Positions 1 through 13,971 of a stretch of DNA of 64,000 bases are shown here, in pieces; the stretch's first letter is position 1, and each line of letters starts with the position of its first letter. The notes under the pieces are model-generated. The model had not been told where the DNA came from. It did no database searches and saw only the letters and a list, made by a program, of their open reading frames with translations. The translations under genes and the position numbers were made by a program. The DNA comes from Podarcis muralis (lineage: Eukaryota): the NCBI RefSeq assembly GCF_964188315.1, contig NC_135655.1, forward strand, positions 84,568,001 through 84,632,000. The letters are read 5' to 3'.

Positions 1-2559
1 GGTTTAGCAGCCCATGCTACTAAACTGTCTGCTGGTTGGAGCCTTAGGCCAGATTCATATATGAAGAGTACTGCTTAAAACACAATAAATATAGGAAGCT
101 GCTTGGGTTATGTCAACCACAGACTGAGGATGAAATTGCCTCCAGCCAGCAAAGAGCTGCTTTGCAACCTAAAAGCCCCTTGGTGTGGAGATGCATCCAC
201 AACACAACACTGTTGCTTGCACCATGGTTTTGGATCATCAAGCAAAGCAGGGGGGTGGGATCTGTGAGCCTCCAGATACCCCCAACATCTATCATCCCTG
301 ACCATCCCTTGCCATGGAGCCTATGAATCTGGGATCCATGGGGAAACCCAAAGGCAACACTGAACAAGCACCTGAGCTGACCCAGGCCCAGTGCACCCAA
401 AAGGATACTACTGGCCCATTGCCTTCCTCATTAAGTATCTTTATGCATTAAGCGGTTTAGTGGCCATTAAGTTTTTAAGAGATTAGGAGGCTGCGGGAGG
501 AGCAAGAATAGCTGCTATGACAACACTAAGGCAGGAAAACGACCAAGGAGGGTTTTCTGTCTCAGTGTTGCAGCCCAGTTCTGAAGCTCAGCTTTGCCTG
601 CTGACCTGCAGATTGTTGCTTACCTGTTTGGATCATACAAATGGATGCTCGGGCATTTAACTCACAAGGAGAACTCCTGCAGGCTAGTTGCTATATGAAT
701 GATAAGAAATGAAATGACAACCCCATGCTCTTTGCAGTTACAATGCAAAGATGTTGACTCTGTGGGGTTGTTTGTTTTTTAATGCTGATACTCATCAGTG
801 CTGACTCCTTTGAGCTCTTCAGTCTTGGGTTTTCAATTTATCAGATTCATGATACACCACTCCCTGTTGCCATTTCCTTTGTGGATCATCCACTCTTCTG
901 TCAACGTGTCCTCCAAAATTTAAACAAAATTGGAAACTGGTGTGGAGATGACAGGGTGCCCCTTCACTTGCTATCCTCCTCTGAGCTGGGTTCTGCCTAA
1001 ACTCTCTGACAGGGGTACCTTCCTTACCTCTACTTTGCTGGAGTAGAAGAGGCAGAGAAGCCTTTTGCAATAGGGCGGTTTTCTTTTCTCCTCCTCTGGG
1101 AAAGAAGCAGAAAGACCCCACCTTAACATTGTTACACTAACCCCATTTCCACATTAAAAGTATTTCCCTTCTGCCCCCCCCCCCAAGTTATGCAGAGACA
1201 TTCCATTTGAGGTCACCCTCTGTCAAGAATGACTTTCCAACACCACCCTAAAATATGCAACCCAATACTAAGTAATATTAAGGACTCCGAGATCAGGGAG
1301 ATGGGTTTCCAGGTCAAAGTATTTGACCTGAGACACTCTTCAGAACTTCATCAAGTTCCCTTCCTGGGGGGGGGGGGGGGCACCTTCCTACACCTTTCAT
1401 TTCATTTGACTTTTTTATGGCAACAGCTCACTTCTTCAAAAGTTGCTCGAACATAATATTCTCTTTCCCGCCTTGCCTACTGCACATTTGTGTTTGAATC
1501 AAATTAAATCTGAATAAAATCGTCACCAACTCCCTGCCTTTGCTCATCCTATCAAGCTGATCTTTTAAAACAACAACTCTTCCTCTAAGGAGCTTCCACC
1601 GCCCCTTCCCATTTATCTCAATCCGCTGGCAGAATCCTACAATTTTGTTTGCAGCAGCCTGCAATCAGGGGCAGGCCTTCTCCCGAGTTCTCCTAGAAAG
1701 CGTGAGTGCTTTTGCTGCCGTTTCCCGGCGAAAATGCTTATTTGTCCCTCTCGGGGCTGGCTCTGGGCCCTCGCCTCTCCCTTTGTTTTGCGGTGCGCCA
1801 CCGGATCAACAACGAGCACAACATCCGGCCGGTGCGAGGGACCGATCGCGTTTCAGCTTCTCGACTGTTCTAACAGCGCCTTTCCCCATAGCACCCATTT
1901 TCCTGCCGGCAGGAAAAAACAACCAACACGCATTCCGTGCAGGGCAGCACCGGCGGGTTGCAAACGCCTCTTTTTCTGATGGCATTTTGGGTGGGGAAGA
2001 AACAGGCATGCCTAAAACTACCCACAGCCTCTCGGATCTTAAACCCTATTTTTGGACAGCGCATTAGTTACTGCGGAACGAAACTCAGCTGCTCTCTCCG
2101 CGTAACGTACGTACACACACACACACGCAACGCCCACCCGACACAAGAGCGTGACTTGAAAGCGGGGAGACTAGGGGTGGATGCCACCCTTTGACCCTTC
2201 AGTCCTGCTAGATGCGGGGACGACAAGGCGATAGCAAAGGACCGAAATTGTTGTTTTTATTTATTATTCGTTGAATTTATATACCGCCCTTCGCCCGACG
2301 ATCACAAGTGCGGTTTACAGTGCAAAGACACGAAATAGGAAAAACAATACCCTCCCACCCCTCTATAGGGGTAAAGCGGTTTTTAAATCGTATTGACAGC
2401 AAGCGCAACTTCGAAACACTTCTGCTTGTCAGAGCTGCTAGAGCCTCGTCGGTGGGTCGGCAGATAGCCTCTCTCAGGGGATCTGCCAGCTGCTCCACAT
2501 TCCTATCCCGGGGATCCTACAAGAGATCTGCATCTCCAGATCTCTTCATGCGGCCGCTC

Positions 2560-3130
2560 TCCCCTGGCCGTCATCTGCCTCGCTTTTGTTTTATTGCAAT
2601 GGCACCCGATGCTCCGGGAAACAAGCGGGCAGCAGACAGAGCCAGCAAGCAATCGTACCTCAGCGCTGGAGGAGGCTCCGTGCGGACTGCACCATGCTCC
2701 GCAGCTCAGCAGCCCCGCTCGCTTGGGACGCGAGTTTTTCGCCGCTCTCGCCTCCTGCTGCGGCTGTCAAGGGAAGAGCGGAGGAGGGCCCCGGCCTGCA
2801 AGCCCCAGCTCGGCCCCGGGGACTGGCGCCGGCGCCGACCAATGGAACGCGCGGCTCCATTGTGACGTCGAACCCTGCACTCTGAACCGGTGAGGTAAGG
2901 CGAGGAGGCCGCGGCCAGCAGCTGCTCGGGGCTCCGGTGGAATTCTCTGGAGCGCGCTTGCCACGGGCGGCGCGTGAAGCCCCCTCCCGGCCCCACGCGG
3001 ATGTGCGCTACTCCTCCGGTACGCCGGCGGAACCCCTTGCGCAGCCGGGGAAGCCGCCCCCCTTTTGTGGGTGGAAACATCTCGCAGCATCTCAGGCTGC
3101 AACGCGTGCAGGACGCACTCTTACCTGGGA
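2560..3130. promoter_or_regulatory. CpG island, probable bidirectional promoter
   Basis: Very high GC and CpG density; CCAAT 2839-2843; CRE-like TGACGTCG 2863-2870; plus-strand donor GAG|gtaagg at 2891; minus-strand donors at ~2657 (GAG|gtacga) and ~3123 (CAG|gtaaga). Confidence 0.7.
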
Positions 3131-6100
3131 GTAAGGCTCGTCGAACTCGCTGGGGCTGACTTCAGAGTAGGCACGTCTAGGGTTACACTGTCAGGCAACC
3201 CTGGGTCTCAGGTTGCAGCTTTTCTCTCTGAACCTGATGCTCAGTGCTACATGGATTTCATTCCCACTAGTGTTCGGTTAATAATAATGATAATAATATA
3301 TTATTAAAACCCTTCTGTACTAGTGCCACATTACCATCCCTCTCTGCATAAAGGGTAGCAGACTGTTAAGTATTTTATTTTTCTAAACAACAAAAATACC
3401 CATAAAAGGAAAAACAGATTTAACAGCAAAATAATATAAATACAACACAAGGAGCTTTCAATGATTAAGTCAAAAGATTAAAAACAAATCATGAGTAAAT
3501 GAACTGGGTGCAATTGTGAAATTATAGAATTGTAAAATTATACATAATGTATAAAAACATAAGTTACCTCACACAACAAAGGAAATGGGGGGGGGGGGGT
3601 CCTTGCCTGTTTATAGACACCTGCAAGCACAAAGTTTTCCTTTTCCAAAGGAGAGGAAAGCAATATGTTTGGCACCAGCTTAGCTGCAGAGTTGCCAGGA
3701 GGAGGTGTACAAGACACCATCCAAGAGCCTTAGGGACTCTACTCCAGATTTGTGTAGGGTTTACCCCTTAGCCTTTTCTTCTCCCAAAGGTGTCCCACAG
3801 GGCAGCCTCATAAAGACAATTGCCCTAATATGGATGTTCCATGGGGGAGATGATAATTTCCAGATGTGTCTTACACTATAAATTTCTTGTTTTAGAAAGT
3901 AAGGACTTGTGTGAAATAGTGTGTGAGGGAAGTGAGGTGGGTAGTTGGCTGCAAGCTCTGCCAACATTAGCACAACATGGAGGCAGCAGGTCAGCTGAGA
4001 AAATACCAGAACATAGATTGTTGTTATAAACTGGTGGGTGGTAGCGGTAGCACAACTGAGACATGATGTAGCAATTTAGAACAGGCAGGGTGGATGGCAG
4101 AAGCCAGCTGCAGTGACTCAGCGTTAGGGGAATATTGCTGCTATTATAGAAGCATGTCAGCCAGGTCCCCACCAGGATCCTAAAGCCTGAGACTCAAGAG
4201 GTGGGTCTTGGTGATGTCACAGGGTTACCTAGTCTTCAAAAACAACAATAAGAAGCTGATGATTGGCTTGGGCCTGGGTGCATGGCCCCAGAATGAAAGG
4301 GTGGAATTTGGCAGCAAAGGAGCTAGAGATGTGACAGATCAGAAAAAGGGGGGCAAGCGAATAAGGAAACACTTTGTTTTGCAATGGGGGATGAAAGAGA
4401 GAGAATGGAAAACCTCTTATGAATGATGAGTAAGAGACCTTTTATAACACTATCCCTCAATTCCATATGCTTCTCAGCTAGTCCTGTGTGCTGTTTGTAA
4501 CTGGTGGTGCTAGATACACAAATCACATGAGTAATAGTTACCACAGGCAAGCATTTGCCAGCTAGTTAACACACAAAGAAGAAACCACCCTGGCAGAAGG
4601 CCTTGATGCCAATTCCCCAGTGTGTGTTACTCACCCCCAGTGGATGGAAGCCACAAAAAGGAGTGCTTTCCTGGTGAACACCCAAAGTCATAAGGAATTA
4701 CTGGATGCATGGGGAATTCCGTGTTCTTACAGTAATCCAGAAAAATTGGTAAGGTTGTGCATCAAATCAATAGGACAGTGTCAGGGCAGAGGTTTAAATC
4801 ATCCTGACCTGTTGGTTTTTTTAAAAAAAGAATGCTTATGCTTAATGCTTAGCAATGCTAAAATGGTTTATATTTTAAAAATTAGCATATGCAAATAGGT
4901 TGTTGTCTTTTTGTGTGTGAGAGAGAATAGTGGTCAATGTAGAGAGACTGTAACAGTGTCATTACCTGGCAAGTCTGCATATGTTTTTGCAAAGGGTAGA
5001 AACTTGCTTATTTTAAAAACAAATGAAATGGGGGGCGGAGGATGACAGGGTGTCTTACGGTGCTATGGGAGGGACCAGAGTCTGCTCTTGGTGCCATGTT
5101 CCTAACTTTGTGGTGAGAGCCTAACAGTTTATATATTTATAAAAGCAGTGCCCCATCACAGGACCTATGCAGTGGGATATTAATCCGTGTGGGTGTCCTA
5201 CTTCTAAGAACTGCCTCCAGGTTCCTCACCCTACTAGCATACACCTTTTCCAGGTGCCATTATCTTCACTCAAGGGTATGATGCAGAGCAGGTGTTAACC
5301 ACAACTCGTTCAACAGGTTGATCTTTTGCTGACATGATGCACCATCCATCTTGTATGTATCTGCTGGGACAGCCTTTCTCAGTGTCTGCAGGCAGTGATG
5401 GAAAGGTGATTGGCATCTCTACATGTGCAAAGCACCTGCCTTGCTACTGAATCTTTGTAACCTGCTCCCATGCATCTGGACCAGAGGGTGCGGCTTTCAG
5501 CTAGGCTTGAACATCTCCCTTCCTCACTAAGAACACTGAATAGTAAGTGAGCTGTAGGGTAGAAGGCTGCCCTTTCTTCAACAAGACAGGATTTTAGCTC
5601 TTCGTAATTTTACAAGCCAGTAATATGGTGGCAGGGGAAGAGGATAAATCCTAGAGATGATCCATTTATCAGGCAACCACAGCTGTTTGAAGCTCCTCCA
5701 CTCTTTTCTGGTTTGACTGGTTTTCCTGAACAACACACTTTCAATTAGGCTGCACCCAGAAAGACCAAATTCTGACATCAGAATAAATTATTTGGCGCTG
5801 GTAGGATGCCTTAAAGTGGTCACTTGACAACATAATGACTGACTCAATTATTTACTGAATTTGTACCCCACCCTTCATTCCCAAGGAGCCCAGGACTCAC
5901 AGCTGGTCTGTGGGGGAAGTAAGGATCCATTCTACCAGCTAGATCTAATTCCCAATGCCTGAATTATGCAAATGAAGTGCACGTAGTAAAATCATTAATG
6001 TTTTCATGATACGCTGCTTTCTTAAGAGATTTTTTTTAAAAAAAATGGGATACGTAAACGGTTTTAAATAAAATAAGTGCACAAATAAGTGCACACCTCT

Positions 6101-6253
6101 GAGCTTGGCAGTTCAGGCAGAGCCAGACGGTTCCTGGGCTGGGGTACCCTGCATGCCCCCCTCTCAGGGAAATAAGGCCACTGTGGAGACCAACAGCCAG
6201 GCTGTGACCTTTATTGGACACGGGAGCGTTCTTCTCTTGCATGTCGTTGAGGC

Positions 6254-9200
6254 TCAGAGGACAGTGCACATGATGGATTCCCTCTCCCTGTGGGAAGGGA
6301 TAATGTCGGGGAAGACATACCGCATGTCACTGAGGACCGAGTCATTCTCCTCAGGGGCCGCTGGCAAGGCGAGTTGCTGCTTCTCCGGCTCTTCAGCACA
6401 GCCTCTGCCCTTTGGGCCTTCTGTTGGCTTGTCCTCCTTTGTGTTGTCTCCTGCGCCCGGGCTCCTGGCTCTAATGGGAAAGGGAGCACCCGCCACTTCC
6501 TCACTGGGCCCAGGCATCCTTTTGTGTGCCCGCCTCGCGCTACCTCGCCTCTTCCTGGAGCTGTCTCGGGAGGCGCCTGCCAGGTGCTGCTGGCCCACGG
6601 TCTCCATCTCAGACAGGCTGTAGGCCAGGGTGGCCCGATGCAGCTCCTTGTCTTCGTCTTCAGGGTGGGTGAAAGAGAACCCTGCGCTCTGCGGGCGTGG
6701 CGGAGTCGGGATGTCCGTAGCAGACGAGCGCAGGATCTCGTGTTGCTCCGGCTGGATGAGCTCCACCGTGGCCTTCAAGTCGTTGTTGGTGAGGTCTGGA
6801 GGTGTGAACAAAGCAAGGGGTGAGGAAGCAGCCCCTTCAGCATCACTCTGTGGGCCCAGCACCCCTGAGGCTCAAAGGGGCTTTGCGCTCTGCCCCAGCA
6901 TGCAGCAGTGTCATTTGGATAGGAATGAGAGACAATGGGAGCAGGGGCAGGGTTCTTTAGCACCTGAGATAGCAACATAGAATGGGAAGCCTTCCCAGTG
7001 CCCCTTCAACCGCCCTCCATCAAGGAGGACCCACTGCCAATGTGAAAAGAATATCCTGACCTCAATGGATTTCTCTGCTTATTTTAATGTGGGAGAAACA
7101 TGGACCAGTTCAAGCCTGGACCCAAATAGTCTTAATCCTTGCACAGCTGCTAATGGGCGATGAGGTACAATGGATGCCCTTATTACTCCAGGGACTGCCC
7201 AGCCTAGAGTGAGCCATAGAGCTGCTCCTGCTCCTCCTCAACTTAGGCTTAGTGTCATCCATTGGCTCTGGCAGTCACAGTAAACACCAGTCACCATTGA
7301 CCGAGATGCAGGCCAAGACCCCCATCTTCCCTTCTAGATGTGTGCCCAACTCTAGTGCCCTCCGAGTTTGATTTCTTACCATTCACTCCTGCCACTTTGA
7401 GCTCCCCGTCTGCGTCAATCTCCATTCTCTCCTGCCCATTCTCAAGGATCCTGCAAAAGAGGCCTTGTCACATTGCATTGCAGCACTTGCCACATTGCAT
7501 TCTGGTCAAGCGTGTGCTGCCGCCACCCCACACCCCACACCCACACCCCAACAGAGGCATTCTTGGTGACTTCTTCCCTAAACTCCCTCCTGCTAGAAGC
7601 TCAGCACAATCCAAACCGGAGCATTGCTCAGAAGCACTGTAAGACTTAGGACAAAGTTAATACAGAGTGGCTATTTTTATCATCAACACTGAGAATGTTT
7701 CACTTCATTTTTTCTGCCTAACAGTTTTTAACTAACACAAGCACAGCATGGGGGCTAGTTATATATCTAAACAAATAAACTGATGGATTGGGAAACCACT
7801 GATAGTAAGCAGGAAACAATTGTCAAGATCTACTCCACAGGGGTAGGAGTTATTAGTTACCAGTATTATTATGCAAGAGCGAGAAGAGTCAGATGTACAG
7901 GGGATGGAGTGGAATTGCAAGGAATCCAAAGGACAAGCTACGCATTCAAAATTATCTCAGTAATAACGAGAACTGGTCAAGAGGAACAAAATGAAATTAA
8001 GCAAGGGCAAATCTGAAACGTTACAGCAAGGATAATTCTTTATTTGCAGTGTTGTGTTGAGGCTTGGACACTAAAGATTTTTAAACCCACACCAGTTCAT
8101 AAATGAACTGTAAGAAGATAAAAGGTTAAACAATCTGAGCAAAGGATCAGCCTACAGATTAAGGAAGGACAATATGCTGGTTGTTTTTAATAGTATTTAA
8201 AAAATCTCAGAAGGTGATCAGGTAGGTGGACAGGGCAAAAATAATTGAAGGGAAGCAGTTTTAGGTTAAACATAAGGAAGAATTTCCCATTTGTAAGAGC
8301 ATTTCATCACACATGAAGTGCTTTTGAAGGTCTCTTCTATTGTATTATTTGCACAGCCCATGAATTTGGGTTAATGGAGGACAGGTAATAGAAAAGGAAC
8401 ATATATTCTAAGTTCAAACAAAATGCCAAATGATGGTTTGGCAAAGTCCCGAACTCACAAACTCCCTCTTCCCCCTTCGCTCTCCATTCTCCTTTTGCAC
8501 AATTTGCTTTAGTGAGTTGTTTCTGCTCTTGCAGAAAATGATAGTTTGCCTTACATCTGATTAGGGGGCAGGCTAACTCGCTTGCGCCTGGCCCCTCCTT
8601 GTCATCTCACCTCCTGGTGGTTATCCGTTTGCCATTGATGTACTTAGTAGATGTGGAGACAGAGCAGAAGCCTATTCCTAATTCAGCACCAGGCCCAAAC
8701 GTAGTGAAGAAATCTAGAAGGGGAAAGTGACAACATCACTGCTGAGGGGGGAGGAGGCAGCTAGCGCAGGCCTCAACACCAGCCAAATGGCAGAGGCCTT
8801 CCCATACTGCAAATGTCATTGGGAATGAAGGGACTGGACAAAAGAGGCACCAACACTTAACAGGAGAATTGTTCCTTGGACATTTAAAAGCAGGGGTGAA
8901 TTGGGTCCTTGTGAGATGACAGAGCCAGAATGAGGTAGAGAAGCAGATATGGAAGAGGCAAAGTGTATTGGAGAAGCACAGAGGCAAACCCTGCAATGAG
9001 CATGTGCAGCAGATTGCCCACTGAGCTTCTCAAGGCTGCAAGGTGATGCGTCCTTACCTGTCTGGAATGGAGAGCTGTAGGAGCAATAGGAGTAGGTGGT
9101 ACAGCCTGGCACGACCCACTGGGTTATTCCTCCTTGAAGATCTGTATATGGGGACAACTCCTCTGGAAAGGAAGGAGGAGGCTGATAAGTGGAAGACTTT

Positions 9201-12200
9201 CCAGTTACACATTATAACCCAGATAATACAGGGACATGTTCAGTTCCGTTGCTTGGTGCAATGAGCCTAAGCAGATCAGGTAATATAATGCAATACAAAT
9301 CCATGATTATACCATACCCCAAGACACAGAGAGGATGTCTTATGTGACATGCACCCCTTCAGTAAGGGCGAGGACAGAGCAGAAAGATTGCAGCCAGGCT
9401 GGAACCTTCCCCCTGTCCTCGTCTCTGTCAAAGCACAAAGAAGAAAAGCCCTGTGGATCATGGTAGTGAATGTAATCCACTGCTGTGGTGGCTGATTCAT
9501 TAGGGTGAACAGAACACTGCTCTGAGCTCAGGCTCAGGCTGGGAGGACAGAGCTCACACAATCCTCTCTCTCTCAAAAGTCCATTCCTCTCCAAATGGCT
9601 CTGTTTCAGCAGCCTGGTGACACAGCAATCCGACACACACTTATCTGGGCACAAGACCCTCTGAAGACAGTGCAACCGCTATCTGAGCAAACATGCACAG
9701 GGGTGAACCGTTGGAGAGGGGAGGAAACATTTTAGTTGTTTCCACTGTTGAAAAAGAATGCAAATAAGAAAAATGTGAGTGAGGCCGTTGTCTTGTAACC
9801 TTGGTCCTGCAAGCTATAATAACATCTAGCTCCTTTGTCTCTGAGAAAGGTACTGCGTCTTGAGAACAGGGTCTTAGTGCCTTTATTTTTTAGCAGAAGA
9901 AGCAAGTTACAGACATTTATAAGCAGGGTGGTGAATCTTTTGCAGCCCAAGGACCACATTCCCTCCCAGGCAGACTTCTAGCAGCTGAATGCTGCTGGTG
10001 GGTGGGGCCAGGTGCAAAGTTGGCAGGGACACAAATGCGGCTCTCACCTTGGTATAGTAAGCGGCAGCCCAGCCATGCAAAACTAAGCCACTTCTGCATC
10101 GCCTCCTTTCCACATCTCTCTATCACAGCAAGCCAAAGCTACTACCAAGGTTCAAAGGCACTTTCCCACCAGAAGAAAGTACTCAAGGAGGATGGTGCAA
10201 GGGAGGGTCAGTAAGGGATGCAGCCTGGGTGCAGCACTGCTGTTTTAAAATAAATCTCTCTTGGCAGAGCACATTGCGTTTAGTCTCTGGCATCTCCAGG
10301 TTAAATGAAGAGAAGTCCCAGGTGCAAAGGCTGATGAAGACCCCTCTGCCCGAGGCCTGAGCTGCTACCCACTAGAGGAGACAGCTGTGAGCCAGAGACA
10401 CCATTATAAAGCAGCTTTATGTTGCCTACCCCTTGTTCCCCTCGTTCCAGCACATACCACAGAGTTCACTAAAGGGATCTTGTCCTGCGAAAAACTCTCT
10501 GAAGACCTCATCTGCATCACGGAAGGTGAACATGAAGTCCGGAGTCTCAGTGGCGCTTGGATAAAACCCAGCACCTTCAAGAAAACAAACCAGATACCTG
10601 TCACCATCACTTCTCAGCACGCTGTGGATGTCTTTCAGGGAGTGAAGGAAGAAGGGAAAGGGCATGATATGCTGAGGACAGCTGAATCTAGGCATGATCT
10701 CTTGGCCCCAAGCAAGATGCAGAGCCAGAAAGGAAGAAACACAGAGCAGGAAGCAGCCCAAACCACAAAAGAAAACAATTCAGTTCCCAGGATTCATTAT
10801 TCCCACTTGATGCAAGAGGGGTCTCCATGCATGCAAGAGGACAGCTCCCAAAATAAAAACACAGAAAGATAGAGTGATAGGGGGCAGGGGTAAAGGATAC
10901 AGTGAAGCAACAATGTGTGTTGAGCCACCCAGATTTTCATCAGGATTTTTTTCTCCTTGTGAGATTTCCAGTAGGGAAGAAAATTTCCAGGTGCAAGCCT
11001 GGAACAGCCTGCACAGGGTAGGTTCCTGCCCTGTGGTGCTAAACAAACTCTATGCTTTCAGGGTATCAGGGAGGAGCACCAGTTGGTGAGAGCACCAGGA
11101 AGTGCTTGTGGTGAGGACTGAGCCCAGAACAGAGGTGCATATGGATAATATGTCCTGCATGTCTACACACCAACCTCCACTCACCTGTGCTTAGTCCTAT
11201 CAGTCCCTCGAGTCCATAGAGGTCATAAAGGTCCCGCTTATAACCTGCCAGAAATAAGGAACAAGAGGAGGCCAGTCCCATCTTGACACCCATTCAACTT
11301 TTGCTACAATCCTGTGCAAATGCTTTAGCTACAAGACTCCTGAGACAGTAGCAGAGCAAGGTGGGAGCGGTGGTGGCGGTCCATCCCAGGTGTCACCACT
11401 AAGTAGGGGGTGACAAAATGCCAGGCAGCACTCACTGTGGGGTCTGCAGCATGTCCGAGCCACACGTCTCTCCCCAAACAGTCTGCCCACCACCTCCCCC
11501 TCAGCTGTAGGGCGGCTGAGTGGCAGGAGGCAGGCAGACTGCTTGGAGGCCCTGCGGAGCATCTTGCCCCGGCTGGCCCCGCTCCCAGACGTAGGACACG
11601 CACGCCGCCCCAGGTGCCCAACTGGCTTGCTCCACCACTGCCCTGAGACACCACAAGCTCTCCCTCCAGCACTAAGCACTGTGGCCCCAAACAGCAGCAA
11701 TGTACTGAGTAGCAGAAAATATAGTTGCTCAAAGTGCCCCTGGTTCTTCCTTTTCAAGAGATGGGTGGAAGGCAGACTGGCAGGTCTAGCAGTGAACCAA
11801 AGGGGATGTCAGGTGCCTGGAGAAGGGGTTGTACAGGAAACTCATGCTGGGTGGACTGTGATTGGGCTGAGCTCTCACTTCTGTGGCCTGCAGGGAGTGA
11901 GAACTGGGAGCCAGCAGCAGCTCAGGAAGAGGCATGTGTGCATTATAGGGAAGGCCTCTAAAAGACCACAAGAAGGCAGGGGGCATATAGGAGCACATAG
12001 GGAACAGCTCAGAGATAGGAGACCCCTGGGATGGGGAATGGCGAGAATGGTCCAATGTCTTACTGTCTGATAGCACTTCATATGCTTCTGCTATCTCCTT
12101 GAATTTCTTCTCCGCATATTCCTTGTTCCCTGGGTTTTTGTCTGGGTGCCATTTCAGTGCATTCTTCCTGTACCTACAGCAGTCCAAAAGGAGAGACTGA

Positions 12201-13680
12201 ACTGTAGGATTACCATTAAGAGAAACCGTCACCTCTCAATATTATGTCAAGAGGAGAGGTGTCATTTCTTCCCCAATACCAGCAGTACATGCCGTGGTGC
12301 ATGCCTAAACTACATAATCTGTTGATTTCTAGAAGCCTTCACATAAGAAGCAATATTGACTAGGGCTGCAATGTTTGGGATTTCAAAGGCGGAATTGACA
12401 TCTGGGGTGGGGATTCCAAAAAAGCTCAACAAAATTTGGGGTGTCCTGGTTTTTACTTTTTTAATATGGCAACCCTAATATTGGCAATTATGTAATTTCT
12501 GTATTCCTAAAATATTACAGAAAGGACCACCACGTAGCCGGCGTACAACCAATTTGTAGGAATACCTTTGTAACCTTGAGGATAGGCTACTATGATGCAC
12601 TCTGTTTGGTTGCATTCAGTTACTATCTGGTGGGTTCAGCTAGTAGACAGTGTGGGATCCTGCTTCCATGCTGGGGTATGCCTCAAAAGATGAATGACAC
12701 CTGTGATGTAGCATCTGCATTGGCTCCCTGTCCTGTTGCATTCTGGGCACAATGCAAGGTGCTAAATCTGACCTCTTAAGCCCCTTTGGCCATTATTATT
12801 ACTGAGTACCTTCTTGAATACATTGTCCATGCACCAAATTCAAATAGCGAGGGCATGTTCAGTGAGTTTGGTGGCTGACCTATAACTGCGGAACTCCTTT
12901 GTCCTAGAATCCTTTGTTCAATCAAAGTCTAGGTCTGTAAGCTCTCCAGAATAGTTGCAGAACTTTTTTTTCTTTGGTCTGGCATTCTGTGGCCAGGGTT
13001 AATCAAGCATGGGGTGATTTTTGTTTGTTTGTTTTGTTTTCTACATGAGTATTATTTCGTCTTCTTTTTGTTTGTGTGTGTCATATTACTCTGTGCACTT
13101 GTAATTATGTCCTTTTGATTTTTCAATAAATGATATTTTTAAAAAGCATGGGGTGATTTTAATTTATTTAGCGATGTTTTCCTATTAATGGCTTTGAAGT
13201 ACAATACTGTAATCTACCTGGAATCCTTGGGAAAAGGTAGGATAGAAATTGAATGCGCCAAATAATATAAATAAAGGGCAGAATGCACAGATATTCCTAA
13301 AGGGGTAGAGGTGAATCACAGTTTAGATGTGTCCAGCACAAAAGCCCCTGGACCTATTTACCTGCAATTTGGTAGTTTATCTACTCTAGAAGGGCTGCTA
13401 TGTATCCACTTCTGTCAAAGGTGAAAAAAGTCATAGTCATTAAAAAAAATTCCCAATAGTGAATAAGGGTGAGGAGAAGGAAGCAGGTAAGATAGACTTT
13501 CCCAAGCTGAACTGGGCAGGCTCCAAACTGATCTGAGCCAAACTGGGCTATTTTATGAAGTGCCAAATTCAGGTCCATATAACATCTTGTGGTTGGTGCA
13601 CCCTGTGCTACTTACGCCTTCTTAATGTCATCTGAGGAGGCCGTTTGAGGGATGTCCAGTGTTTGGTAGTAATCAACCAT
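6254..13680 (-). CDS. DNAJB2: DnaJ homolog subfamily B member 2 (HSJ1b-like), array copy D, ~383 aa
   Basis: Exons 13680-13616 ([22 protein letters not shown]), 12173-12064 ([36 protein letters not shown]), 11244-11185, 10574-10458 ([22 protein letters not shown]), 9141-9058, 8713-8611 ([18 protein letters not shown]), 7450-7380 ([23 protein letters not shown]), 6795-6254. All introns GT-AG with consistent phases; 1152 nt in total. The last exon has a UIM-like [20 protein letters not shown] and ends in CAAX (CTVL*), hallmarks of DNAJB2b. One-to-one orthology needs a tree. Confidence 0.85.
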
Positions 13681-13971
13681 GATGCAGCTTGTTTAGCGCA
13701 GAGGCCAGCTGTAAATTAGGGGAGAACATGGTAGGACATTGATCATCCTCCAGCCAGGCTTCCACACTCACCCACTCCAGCTCTCAGAAGCACTCAACTG
13801 ATGCCAGATGCAAAACATCTTCTGCTGAAAGTACCTAATACAAGATGTCTGTTCAAAACACAGTTTAGCTTTATGTGCAGCCACCACTATCCCATCCCCT
13901 CATAAGTTGCAGGTGGCATGTGCTTCCACCTCAGGAGGACATTGCTGACCAACTCCCTTGTTCTACACTAT

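Noticed and set aside
2308-2865. 185-aa plus-strand ORF
   Set aside because: Typical GC-rich CpG-island open frame that begins in a LINE-tail-like sequence; no domain.
4423-4500. Box C-like ATGATGA suggesting a C/D snoRNA
   Set aside because: No suitably placed box D or terminal stem.
6105-6980. Overlapping plus-strand ORFs of 116-177 aa
   Set aside because: Antisense to the GC-rich last exon of copy D; no recognisable domain.
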